64,000 bases of DNA, from positions 1 to 64,000 of the forward strand of contig ADNK01000431.1 of NCBI GenBank assembly GCA_000320545.1, read 5' to 3'. The translations under genes were made by a program, and so were the position numbers. Shown here piece after piece: positions 50,127 through 62,242 of this stretch. Below the pieces are notes generated by a model, which saw only the letters and a program-made list of their open reading frames with translations, ran no database searches and was not told where the DNA came from. The stretch is from Bigelowiella natans CCMP2755 (lineage: Eukaryota > Protista > Cercozoa). Every line of letters starts with the position of its first letter. The stretch's first letter is position 1.

Positions 50127-50698
50127 CGAAAAGAAAGGCCGTAGGCTCGACTTTCATGAATTAGTGTATTCACGTGCGTACAATCTCATGATCATTCATT
50201 AATGGCGAAAACTCAACGAGTTAATATCAACGGCATTCTACACATAGTTGCCTTTGTATGTTGTCCATGCACATGTGCGGGTGCAACCAATAGGCTGCAG
50301 AGCCTCTCCCATGACATGCATACACTGTCTTCTGCAGCAGCAGAAAGCAGGTCCTCATGTGATACATTTCGGTATGATCACAACATGTATAGTCGTTACA
50401 ACCTTACACACACTACCACCACTCAATAGGGAACATGTACGATAGACAGCTGCCATGCACGTGTAATCATTTCTGCACACACACGCATGAAATACTGCTG
50501 GCATGAGTAACACCACATTACGATGTTGCGATGGGTGGGATGACATTGTTTTCGATCACAACATGATGGACTGCAATTTGCGGCTGTGCAATACTTGATA
50601 TTTTTACATCTTGTGACTACGGCTTATGTACGATTTTATCACCTGGATGTATCACACTGTGTGCTGCTACGCTAGTACGGCTGACAAATGCAACGAAC

Positions 50699-52667
50699 TT
50701 AACTTAACGCCATGTGCGTTGGGATGGTATACCCGTCATAAGCCAGCTTAATATTCAACCCGCTCTTCTTCCCCTCTTCATCATCCACCTTGCACAATTT
50801 GTCGAGTCTGGCCTGGACTTCATCAGCATCACCGAGACTACATGACGCCCCAACGAAATATGCAAACTTTGGCTGTAGCTGAAAGGGGTCACGGCAAAGG
50901 GGGTTGAGTTTCAGGAATGCTTTTACTGAAGAAGGCAGAGGCCGTGATATGTTCGCTTGTTGCAAAAAGAAGTAGGTAGCACAGTGGTGAGAAGAACGCA
51001 TAAGAAAGGACACTCTACCTCATTCACGAAAGCAACAGCCTCATCGTAGTTGAAATGCGTGGTATGCTTCTTAACTTGGAGACAATCGACGACCAGGATC
51101 TTGCCAACACAGATGTTATAGCGAGTGGTGACAGCAGCACGGAGAAGCGGCAGCAGCAGCAGTAACGACAAAATGAGAAGGATCAATATTACTCCCGTTT
51201 CTATCGGAAAGCACAGCAGCTACAGCAGCAAAAGGTTTGCGCTCACCACCTTGATTTTAGGTACTTTCCGAAGGTAATCCATCGATGATTTCGGCAAGGC
51301 ACTTACATCTAAGAAAAGAGAAATGTAGCAATGGCAGCAGCACCAATAACAACAGAAGCAGTTCAGCTGGCTTGTTGCAGTATTATCAGTTTGTAGTTAT
51401 AGTAGTGATAGCAGCAATAGCAGACTAATCAAAGTAGAGACGATAAATGACAAAACGCATTTATCTAATAACGCGCAAATGTCTCCGCCTTTGTGCGCAT
51501 TGGATGACTGCCTCTCGTAACTCACGAACTCCATAAATTTCTACAGCGACGACACCCGCGTATCACTAAAGGATATTTGACCATTTGAGCAGCTTATATT
51601 TATACATATGCTAATATCCCAATCCCCGTCGCTTTCCCCTCCCCACAACCGACTTCCATTTTTGCTGTAGGCTCCTCGAGAACGATTCGATAAGAATCTT
51701 ACGTGACCAAACACCAAAAGCACTGCAACTACTGCTGCTACTACTACTTACTACCGCTAATGTATACGAATTCTCCAGAGCGCCCAAACTCGAAGCCCAG
51801 AGAGATGTATGTGCCGCCATGGTAAACGGGGAACAGCTTCACTCGCAAACCGCAGTCAGATGATATCTCCGCATCATCAGAAACTGTGATGAAACTAAAT
51901 AAAGGCGATATGGCAAAAACAAGGACGAAAGCGATGATGACGATGATGACGATGATGACGAAGGCGATGAAAATAACGAGGATCGGTGATGAAGTAGAGA
52001 AGGAAATTGAAGTTGATGCCCCTAGCAATTGATGCGACGGAAAAATATCCACGTCACAGCAACTTCTCGATGAGTTCCGCCAACAACGCAGAAATGCGAT
52101 GAATCGTTCACTGGGGGTAGTGTTCGGAATCACGTTATTCTGGGACATACCACCGTCATGTCAATTCTGTTCTTGTGATGATGCAGGTGTTGCTACTGCT
52201 GCTTACTCTAGCTGCGCCACTCTCCGAAGAACAACATCCTTCAGACCTGGTACGCACTCTTGCTTTCTTTTGCACCACCACCACACACACACACACATGG
52301 AGACTGTTATGTTATATAAAATAATTTATTTATTAAGAGTTTTAAGCATATTCCTCTTCCCCCTCCTTTTAATATTCTTGTTCTTGTTCTTAAATTCTCA
52401 AAGTTGCCATCACGTTGTCATGATGATACTACTGCCATGTGTGATTCTTCTTACTTGGCTAGATATGGAAATGCTCGCTTCACAGTAGAAATCGTAGCCT
52501 TGTTGGATATCACCCTGAGCACCGACCCATGATCGTAAAAGAGGAGGAAGTTGGGATAAAAGGAGGAGGAGGAGGAGGAGTAAATATCAGAGGGAAGAAT
52601 CAGTATTAGATATCGTCAATAATTGAGTAAGGTAATACTTGCCATGAGTGTATAATCCATACTACAT

Positions 52668-52708
<41 letters not shown>

Positions 52709-52940
52709 TACCACACAAATTTATATAACTAAAGATGGTGACTGCAGAGGTTCTTTGTGCTATTTTCGTGAGTTGTGAACAACTACTTGAGAGGCCCGGA
52801 GACCGCTCTGTAGCCAAGCTGCTTTCCACTCGAGTCGCGTACCTACATGTATTATCACTCTTCATTTAAAAAGAATCGTGGTCATTTTTCTCAAGTTCGA
52901 CTACGTAGAGTCCCCAGGGGTAAAGATGCTATATAAGTAT

Positions 52941-52983
<43 letters not shown>

Positions 52984-54206
52984 TAGTTTGTGGACTTGGT
53001 TTTCCTATTAATGGTGTCTCACCTCCCGAATCTGCTGCAAATCCCTCACATCGTCCAATCCTAGAGCAGCAGTAGCAGCAGTAGCAATAACAGTGATGAT
53101 GTCATAGAAAGCACTACTTTGAGATGATGTCTTCTTCGCATGCTTGTCGTCGACAAAAACAGTGTCACTATGGTGCTGGGAATCAAGACACAGAACTCGT
53201 AACTTACGGGTTCCTATTTTGTGATTTTAAACCAGAAATACTCTCTGGAAGGCTTAAACGTAACTTCGATTTGTACTCTACGCTTAATCCTACACTGTTT
53301 TGCACTAAATTGACCTAATATTGCGTCTGCATGGCCATGTGTGAGGAATATCTGATGGACCCAAAAGGTATCATGTAATTCCAAAATCACAACAAAAAAG
53401 AGACTAGCATGAACATCCATCCGAATATAATGCCTTTCCTAGCTTTCACGCCTTTTCCTCTGCCCCCCACCCATCAATTCACCCTACCGTATTGATATTT
53501 ACAACATCCAGACGAGGTAAAACGTTCATGTTCGCCACTGCAAAAGATTACGATTCATTTTGAGCCGGGGGCAGAGAGAGCAAACAAGTCCAGCGAAAAA
53601 TATGAAAGGTCGAAGATTATGGATTTTGTTGTGTGAATGTGTACACATATATGAACAGTCATAGAATTCGGGGACTAACCACTATGATGATGACCGGCCT
53701 TGTTGTGTATGCATGTTTGGCGCATCTCAAGAAGCGCAAGCACTCAAACCTCTCATTGTCTTGCCAACATCAACAAGAATATTCGCCCTCTCTGAGCCTT
53801 TGGCAGCCGCGACTCGCAGCAGAATAGACACGTTATTGCGCCGATTACGCGATGTCGCGTTCTCATGTGCATCCTGGCATACCTAAAAACGGCAAATATT
53901 GGCCGAAGAGTTTACACACCCCTTAATTCAGCACTGCACACTACCTACAGATAAGAACAGTACCTTGCAGTTCTTGTTCAAGATGTGGGAGAGATTCGGA
54001 ATCCCTGGATTGAAAAAATCGACATCGTTGACGACATCGTTGACGACACAGTTTTTATTTGTTTGGGGGGGATGGGCTGAGCTACCATACATCTACTAAC
54101 CCGTACTCACTCCAGTCCCAATAAACGTCACATCGAAGAACCCGTTTGGAGGGGGCTTAACACCACGCAATCCTTTCCTCTCCCCGGCGTCTGCCTCGGA
54201 TTCCAT
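50699..54206 (-). CDS. Metallo-beta-lactamase-fold hydrolase, PhnP-like
   Basis: FIGTGVSTGIP, C..C...SRNRRNNVSILL, NILVDVGKT, FLTHGHADAILGLDDVR, FPVYHG...SLGFEFG...VYISDV, LVVDCL...HTTHF, YFVGASC and LAYDG. Confidence 0.9.
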
Positions 54207-54544
54207 GCAACAGGGGTGAGTAAGAAGGTCGCTGTTGGAGTGTTGTCGATTAAAACTCGAGAAAAACTCCGACGATTGTTCGTCTGCGACAAGGAAATAA
54301 AGGCAATTATCCCGCCCTTTCTCCCCTCTCTCTGAGACTTTTCCCCGAAAGATCTCGGAAGCCATATAATTCGTGATTGGGAATATGACGGAGAAAATAG
54401 ACAAAAAACTTAGGTATTTTATATAGTGCGACAACAATAAAAATGGAAGTGTGTAGTTTATTGTTCGGCGTACTCATCGTTGCAGCCTCGGATTAAATCC
54501 ATATTTCTGGGAAAGCGAGGGGGGGAAACACTTGGGCAAGCGCA

Positions 54545-55323
54545 ATGCTGCGCCGCTTTCCCCGCGAGAACGATGACACCCGTCGCTTTAAGAATAAAGT
54601 CTTTACACTTGGCGACCGCATCCAGGTTTTTATATGATGACATCGCGTGGCTGGCTAGTTGCTTAGTTTCTGCGACTTATCTGCTCTCCCATGTAATAGG
54701 TTACAAATCCGCACGCAGCAGCACCTTTTGGATACAAGTCGCTACAAACATCGCTGCACAAAATCAAGAATATGAAAGGCACTATCGTTGTCTTCGAGGG
54801 AGAGTCGATCGCTGTCATCAAGATCAAGTGAGAAGGATGAATGCTGAAGCTATATGCAGAAGCAAAGGGGAAAGGGGGCAGAGAGAGCCAGCGACTGACA
54901 TTGGGATTAGGGAGACATTTTTTGCGTGTATACCGAAGAAATTGAAACTCACAATAACTAACATTTTGCATTCGTACATGAAAATCAGTGATAAAAGACG
55001 GCAATTTCTACACAGGCTTGCAATGCCTGATCTGCAGCCCTTCTTTAGTGCCACCAGCCTTGATAGTGACGTAATTTAAGACACTTAAGCAAATATTCAA
55101 TCTATAAGAAGCCGAGGAGTAGCATACCATTCAAGTTTATAACACACATATTTGTGCGTGTTTTTAATGTATACCATTCTACAAAGCCTTTCATACGCTC
55201 ATCAACGGACCAATTTCTCGGTCATAACTATTCTTTTCGTGCTTATCATACTCTAAGATTGTCTCTATAATTGGGGGATACCTCACAATGAAAGTTTGCA
55301 AGGTTACATAAATGTATGTATGA

Positions 55324-55360
<37 letters not shown>

Positions 55361-55922
55361 GTTAACAAAGGCTGATTCATCCCCCCAGCGTTGCCTTCAT
55401 TCGTTGCCGTATATACAAGGTTTACGTCTACAAGCCGCAGTCTTTATTCCAGGTGCCTCTCTCATCGATAAAGGTCTTGATATTCCAAACATTTTAATTT
55501 CACCCTTCCCTCCCCCAAAAAGCAGTTGCTTCACACCTGTATAACACAAAGCAAAACTTCCTATCATCTTTCCTTTGCCGACACGTCGCTGACTTGTATC
55601 TATATGCGTTCTTCAGTGCATCGATGAAGGAGTCTTCCGCAGGCCAGATCCTTTAGGTAAGCAGATCTACCCTGGCATGCAACGGCTTTATCGGCGTCAC
55701 GGGGACATCAAAGAGTGGCTGAAGAAAATTGATGTCGAATCTTGGAGCTCGAAGAAGATCCAACAAGCAAAGAACTACAATGAAAGACTCAAGGAACACT
55801 GGGAAAAGGTATATGGTGCCATAAATCATACTAGCTCTGGCGTGCTCCTTTAGAATGGCGGAGCGTTGCACTTGGCTGATAAAACCACCAACGTGAAACA
55901 CGGCCGAGATCTTCAGAATTAG
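54545..55922 (+). CDS. Hypothetical multi-exon protein
   Basis: Exon chain: MLRRFPRENDDTRRFKNKVFTLGDRIQ | VTNPHAAAPFGY...IAVIKIK | LAMPDLQPFF... | ...GVFRRPDPLGKQIYPGMQRLYRRHGDIKEWLKK...HWEK | NGG...LQN*. Confidence 0.6.
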
Positions 55923-55947
55923 ATGCGAAGCCACTTTAGTGAAGAAC

Positions 55948-56038
55948 ATGAATAAATTAGCTTATATCATATGTAGGAATAATCTGATGAATAAATTAGC
56001 TAATAACATATCTAGGAATAATCTGATGAATAAATTAT
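55948..56038. repeat. 39-bp tandem repeat (about 2.3 units)
   Basis: atgaataaattagct.ata.catat.taggaataatctg units at 55948, 55987 and 56026. Confidence 0.85.
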
Positions 56039-56513
56039 CTCTACAATCACATGCAACAATAACAGAGCGCTCAATATGCAAAAGATATCTGTGCACAGAT
56101 AAAATATTGCTAGCACATAAAAACATTATACATTGGCGCAAGCACTTGCAAAAGAACATCATTGTGTGCACCAGCAAGACAGACAAGCATGATGCATACA
56201 TCAATTTACAGTAGGATCTACTATTTCCTTCATTATGCTACATATATCAAGTAATAGTACATGTACACATAGCTATATAGGGAAGACAGAGGGAGAGAGA
56301 AAGAGAACGGGAGAGAAAGACAGCGCGAAGATGAAGCAGCTAGCAAAAAATAGCACTCCGATTGCCACGCATTGCAACTAATTGCTGGTGTACGCGCATA
56401 GATATCACATACACGTATAATCTTATATGTGCAGCCAATCTTCTTCTTATTCACCATTATTCGAAGGTCACACTACATGTGCTGCTGACAACTACCAGAA
56501 GTATCACCCAAAT

Positions 56514-57010
56514 CTACATGTCCAATAATTCATCAAGTTCAGCATCATAGTCATCAGCAGGCGTCGCCTCTTCCTTCGCGATTGCAGATCTCCCCTGCTG
56601 CTCAGCCTCACCCCCGTTGCTGTTTCGCTCAGAAGCCGGTAGCGCAGCTGTGGAAAGAGAAGTGGGCCCTGGAGCACCCGCAGAATGGCGTATTAGTTGA
56701 AAAGTGGAACATTAGATGTGAACACTAGCGATCGAAAAGCTTCTAAAAACAATATTTTTCTCCGCGAAATAACAAACTGCATGGTGAATCCCATAGATAA
56801 CTGCCCTGCGACACGGCAAAAGCTTGCCGCGGCGGTGTGTTGTTTACATGGCTAGTAGAATGACGATAAGATGATGCACCTTCTTCCACAGCAGCTGCAG
56901 ACGGATTCAGATCTAGGAGCTGTGGTAGATGCATGCATGTAATTCGTACATCAGCGCTCATAAATAACGGTATACACACCACAGATGATGATGCGCCAAC
57001 AGTGAACGTA

Positions 57011-57045
<35 letters not shown>

Positions 57046-57095
57046 AAGAAGAACAGAGGCAAATTTATCGGAATAACGGAAAGAAAAAAAGAGTG

Positions 57096-57137
<42 letters not shown>

Positions 57138-57528
57138 ATGTGTGTGTGTGTGTGTGTGTGTGTAGTGTGTCTGCTTGTGCGTGTGAACATGCATATTTTA
57201 CTGCTGACTTCGTCAAGGTCTTCCTCGATTTCTTGCGGCATTCCATCAAGCCTATCATCTCCGGGAGGGCGACTCCCATTCGCTATTTCCCTGCTTTCAC
57301 TGGGATTTTCCTTCGGCTGATGCCCGGGAGGGAGAGACTGGCCCGAGAGCGTGTTTGCTTTTCTGTCGGAGGCCTCCGTTGCGGCGTTGTCGTCGTGGAC
57401 TTTGTCATTTTTTTCATCGAAAGCTTCTTGCATAGCTTCATCGCCCTTGGCCCATATCTCCGCGACGTTCAATTCGACGTCATTCTCGACCCTGAATTAC
57501 ATGTTTTAATAATATATATATATATCAT

Positions 57529-57569
<41 letters not shown>

Positions 57570-58082
57570 CCATCTATGTCCAAATAGCCCCTTCCCCCAT
57601 TCCCCTCCCCCATCCCCTTTTTACTTATAAATCCCTGCCGGGAGTATCAGCTTGCCGCCACTCTAATGTTGTAATATAGCAGCAGCGATGAGACGCAATA
57701 AGAAGTTTCTTCGCGGCACAATCGAACATCGTTGTGTGATATCGAAAGGAGGAAATCATGAAAAGCGCCTTGAGCATCTAATTCCAGACAATTTTGGGGA
57801 CGAGGATCGTCAGAATGTTAAGTGTTGGGGAAATCATCATAAGCGTTCTTCGTCGTCATTGTATAAATGCATGCATATCCTCTTCTTCGTCCTCGCCCCT
57901 CTCCTGCATCATCATCCTCGTATCTCCGAAGAACGTATATAATTCTTGTCGTCTTACATACAGATGTCAGCAGCTTGTATAAGGCTTCACGTAGAGAGGC
58001 TTTAGAAATTCTCCTAAAATGTTATGCTTTATTCTTATTAAATTCGTTTACGCATTACGTCTACATCTAAATATTACACAAA

Positions 58083-58143
<61 letters not shown>

Positions 58144-59298
58144 CGTATACGCTATATTTGATGCTAGTGCGCTCTTTCTCTAAAAGGTTCTCCCAACACT
58201 GAAACCATCTTCTTCTTTTCTTTTCACACTTCGATCATAAGCAACAACCATGGATTGAGATCCCTACCAACCCCGTCCCCAGCTTCGACGATTCGGAACT
58301 GCTCTGCTACTGCCGCCTTCTGGCTGTTGCTTTTGGCGCTGTTATCGTCGGGATGAGCACCCGGTCCCCTCCCCGCCTTCTTGAAGTCACGTTCTTGGTT
58401 CGTGCTCTTCCGTGTTTCGCTATCCGTCACGTAGAGCTCATTCTACGGTGTCGATGACGTTGTTCAAGCATTCGTAATGACCACGATGAAAATGATGATG
58501 ATCACGGCAAGAGCTCTCTCTCTCTCTCTCTCCCCCTCTCTCTTTCTAAACTTACTACCTGGAACATTTTTCTTGTGTACCTGATAGGTGTAGACGTCAT
58601 CAGTGGGAGTGCAAGGAATCAAGTGGAATCGTCGAACAGAAGAATCAAAGCGGTCAAAAATAGAGGGAGGGAAGACCGGAGCTACTATTACTACTACTAC
58701 TACTACTACTACTACTACCAGTATTACTCTAATAATTCCTCGTCGTCGCCATTATCATCTCCTTCTCCTCCTCCAAGACCATATCGATGCAAGTTGCTGC
58801 CTAATGGTCGTGGACCTGACGTTGCATATAAGACGATGCCATTTACTAATACGACGGCGTCGTTGTTTCGGATAGAGGCTCCATGTTACTTAACCTCGAT
58901 TTTCTTCCACGTATTTTCTTCCTCGATTTGTGTTCGATGTTCGTGCGTGTTGACCCACCCCAACGTCTCTGGTCTACTCCCTCTTCATCAGTGTCGGGTT
59001 GATCTTCGAATCTACCATCCCTCGTTCTTGAATTGCCTCTTCTACCGCCGCGGCCTCCGCGTCCTCGTCCCTTCCCTCCCCGCTTTCTGTAATTTGATAT
59101 CGACTTTTTCTTCCTCCAGTCCCGCGTTCTGTTGTTCTGTGGCCCTTTACCCCGGCCGCCACCCCGGCCGCCTCCCCGGCCTCTTCCCCTTCCCCCGCGA
59201 CGGCCTCGGCCGCTCTGTGAAAGGTTGGCGTTGGTTATTGTTACAGGACAGTAGAAGAATCACGGTGTAGCACGGGGGGAAGGGGAGGAAAGCACCAT
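56514..59298 (-). CDS. RGG-rich protein, weakly AVEN-like
   Basis: Probable ATG-only first exon, then SGRGRRGGRGRGRGGGRGG...RGGRGGRRG, the motif RPLGSNLHRY, and an acidic end ADDYDAELDELLDM*. Confidence 0.6.
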
Positions 59299-59564
59299 TG
59301 TTATCAGGCTGGAAATTAAGCGCAAAAAACTGACTGATTTATACCTGCGACAAGAGGAAGTTATATGTCGCAGGGTGGAATTATTGGTTGTCCAGCTCTC
59401 CTGGGAAATCAACGATTCTGTCAGATAAAACGGCTGATATTTTCCATCTGCGACAACTATCTCAGACCTTGTCGCCCGTCCGAAGATAATCTGGCAACGG
59501 AACGCTTCCCCTCCGCGTTTGAAAAAGACCGCTGCGGAGGGGGGGGAGAACTTCATAGGGCCGC

Positions 59565-61541
59565 ATGAATCAACGTCCCTCGGATAGCTGGGGGAGGGGA
59601 AGAGACTCCGAAGTGGCTCTTTTGAGACGGTGTGTTCAACGAAATTCGTACGTTGCACTGCTCCTTACAGCGATGGCGTCTCTCACGAGACTGCTCCTTG
59701 TTCCACAAATCCCCGGTGCCCGCACGATTGGGAGAGAGGCGATAGGCAAAAATGAGTCGGATCGCCGTAGATATATATCCCCTGCAGATCTGCCAGAGTT
59801 TCCGCCCTTCCGTCGCCCTGTAGAGCGGAGTCGTTATGGAAATAGACACCATTGCAGCATGCCCGTACTACCCGATCATGATGAACGGCTGGTGGCGATC
59901 CAATCACGGTATCGAGGAGATCTGTTGTACTCTATCACAGGCAAAGATAGATCAACTAGTAAGCTCCGTGGGTATCAAGGAGGGGGCGCAAGAGGTCACA
60001 CACAAAGAGCTCGGATGACCGATGATAACGCTTCTTCTGATCCAGCTTCCAGAGGTACCTACCGGAGCGAAAGAAGTTTTTTTGCCATTGGAGATCTTTC
60101 GGAGAAGAATCGCCTTTATGCTAGATGGCTAAGGGCACAGCTACGTGGAGATGAGTCAGAAGCCGAGGATATTCATGAGCTGATCCAGACCACAAAGGAG
60201 GACGAGAAGCGACGGAAGGACGAGGAGGAAGCACAGGGAAAGATACACGGAAACCAGAAGGGCAGAGCTAAGTTGTTTTCACGACAGCAGCAGCAGCGGA
60301 ATAAGGAAAACTTCCAGGATTTATTCGAGAGTTTCTACAAAGAGAGTGGGTCCCGTGCCAACATTGAAATGCTACGTCATAACGATAGCCAAACCAGGAC
60401 GGTGGGAGGTGCAGATGCGGCAGCATCACGCATTCAGAGCAAGCGAGGTTCAATTTTCCAAATGGGTGACACACCGAACTACTTGGACAACGGAAAGGAC
60501 TTTGAAGATCTCGTGCGATTCGCTCTCACTCGGAAGACGACGTCGTCCATGAACATCAGCATCGAAGAGCTCGAGGCCAATGAGAAACGAGACTCATACG
60601 TGAACCACATGAGACCGATGATTGAAGGTGCAAACAGTTTCGTCCCCCCGCCGGAATGGATGGATAATAACGACGAGGGGGGAGGAGGAGGGGATGACGA
60701 GATGCAGCAAGCGGGTGGTGATCAGTATAATCCAGCTGCCTTCACAGGCCTGGCATTCGCACTCGATCCTCGCTCAAATGGTTTCCGATCCGATCTCATC
60801 GTTTCCAGAGGACCTCTTTGCTTCATGGTTCCAACGCTGTATTATCCTTTAGCCCGAGGGCATTGTTGGGTCGTGGCCATTGATACGGACTCGAGATGTA
60901 CAATGGACCTCGAGGACGACGCGCTGGAGGACGTATATAATTACAAGAAGTCGATTGTCAGCATGAACCGTCGGCGGGGCCTGCGCACGGTCTTTTTCGA
61001 GACAGCTGTACAGCTGGAGGGGGCAAAGCGTAGGCCCATCGTGGAGGCTGTCGCCCTACCAGAAAAGTCGTTTGCCAGCTCACGCATCTTTTTCAAAAAA
61101 GCTATGGTTGACGCTGGGAGCGATTGGAACACGGTCTCTGCATCTGGGAAGAAGGTTCTTGAGACCTCGCCAGGAAGGCACCCGCTGGCTCATGTTCTCC
61201 CTCGTGGCGACTTTCCGTATTTCCACGTGGAATTCGAGATGGAGGGGGGCTACGTGCATGTCATCGAGGACGAAGGGCTATTTGATTTGGATTTTGGTCG
61301 CAATGTCCTCACTGGCCTCCTCGGGATAGATGATGCTAACGTCGCTAGCACTTCCTCCGTCCCTTCCCTTTATGACCAGCAGCAGAGAGCGATGGACCTG
61401 AGAACAAGATTCAAGCGGTTCGATTGGACGCCTAGTTACTACGCGCAGGCAGAGAAAGAAGTACAGGAAGAGGGGGGGAATGAAGAAGAAGAAGAAGAAT
61501 TAGGGCGAACCGCACGGAGAACCAAACGTGCGCACAGATGA
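59565..61541 (+). CDS. CWF19L2: Intronless CWF19-like 2 (CwfJ C-terminal domains), divergent, with hydrophobic N-terminal leader
   Basis: 658-aa ORF with PLARGHCWVV, NYKKSIVSM...VFFET, IFFKKAM, FPYFHVEF...GGYVHVIED...FGRNVL and FKRFDWT. Confidence 0.82.
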   Translation: MNQRPSDSWGRGRDSEVALLRRCVQRNSYVALLLTAMASLTRLLLVPQIPGARTIGREAIGKNESDRRRYISPADLPEFPPFRRPVERSRYGNRHHCSMPVLPDHDERLVAIQSRYRGDLLYSITGKDRSTSKLRGYQGGGARGHTQRARMTDDNASSDPASRGTYRSERSFFAIGDLSEKNRLYARWLRAQLRGDESEAEDIHELIQTTKEDEKRRKDEEEAQGKIHGNQKGRAKLFSRQQQQRNKENFQDLFESFYKESGSRANIEMLRHNDSQTRTVGGADAAASRIQSKRGSIFQMGDTPNYLDNGKDFEDLVRFALTRKTTSSMNISIEELEANEKRDSYVNHMRPMIEGANSFVPPPEWMDNNDEGGGGGDDEMQQAGGDQYNPAAFTGLAFALDPRSNGFRSDLIVSRGPLCFMVPTLYYPLARGHCWVVAIDTDSRCTMDLEDDALEDVYNYKKSIVSMNRRRGLRTVFFETAVQLEGAKRRPIVEAVALPEKSFASSRIFFKKAMVDAGSDWNTVSASGKKVLETSPGRHPLAHVLPRGDFPYFHVEFEMEGGYVHVIEDEGLFDLDFGRNVLTGLLGIDDANVASTSSVPSLYDQQQRAMDLRTRFKRFDWTPSYYAQAEKEVQEEGGNEEEEEELGRTARRTKRAHR

Positions 61542-62242
61542 TAGAGGAGACAGCACGGAGAGAGAAGAATTATATGATGAACATCAGCACCAGGTCTGAT
61601 ACAAAAAATTGCGATGCTACGGCCGCCTTTCATCATCTATCATGACTCACGATTTATTTGCGGACATTGCTATGCTAAGCTAGTCGTTCATCTTTTGCTA
61701 GTGCATACATGTAAGCGCGCGCAATATGTAGCCATAAATTATTGATCAAGCGCTCCTGCCTGCCATTGCGCATGATGCAGCAAGGATGTGGACGACCATG
61801 CATCTATTGAAATAAACGTCCACAACACACGAAAGAGACTCAGGAAACAACTGGCGACTGCGATCATGTATGCATAGGTGGGATACATGACACAAGGAAA
61901 CACATCACACTATTGGAATTGGAGCATCGCGCAGCATATGCGTGCTCTATGTACGTTGCATATGTAACATAACACTATTGTAACACATGCTTTTGGTAGT
62001 AGTGTGCTAGCATGGTGCACATCGATCATTGCAGAAATAAACGAACAAATGTAATAACGGGAGCGCTGTAGCGCCGCCGCTGTGCATGGCTAGATAGCTA
62101 CCTGTGAGAGCCTACATATATATAACTACATTATATATATTAGGGCTCTCTCGTACAACCAGGTATACGAACATAAGTAGTTAAGCGCACATGTTCTATT
62201 TTACGTGCACATGTCCCACATATGTTCTAGAGAACTTTGTAC

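Noticed and set aside
54458-54643. Sir2-like fragment (FILKATGVIVLAGK) on the minus strand
   Set aside because: It is the antisense shadow of the first exon of the + strand gene at 54545, and no other sirtuin motifs are present.
400-58150. Many ORFs with YIYI, HTHT, ERER, SLSL or poly-M/H runs, and the similar lengths of the microsatellites
   Set aside because: They are translations of intronic microsatellites. The similar ~30-45 nt lengths could be an assembly effect and cannot be interpreted without reads.
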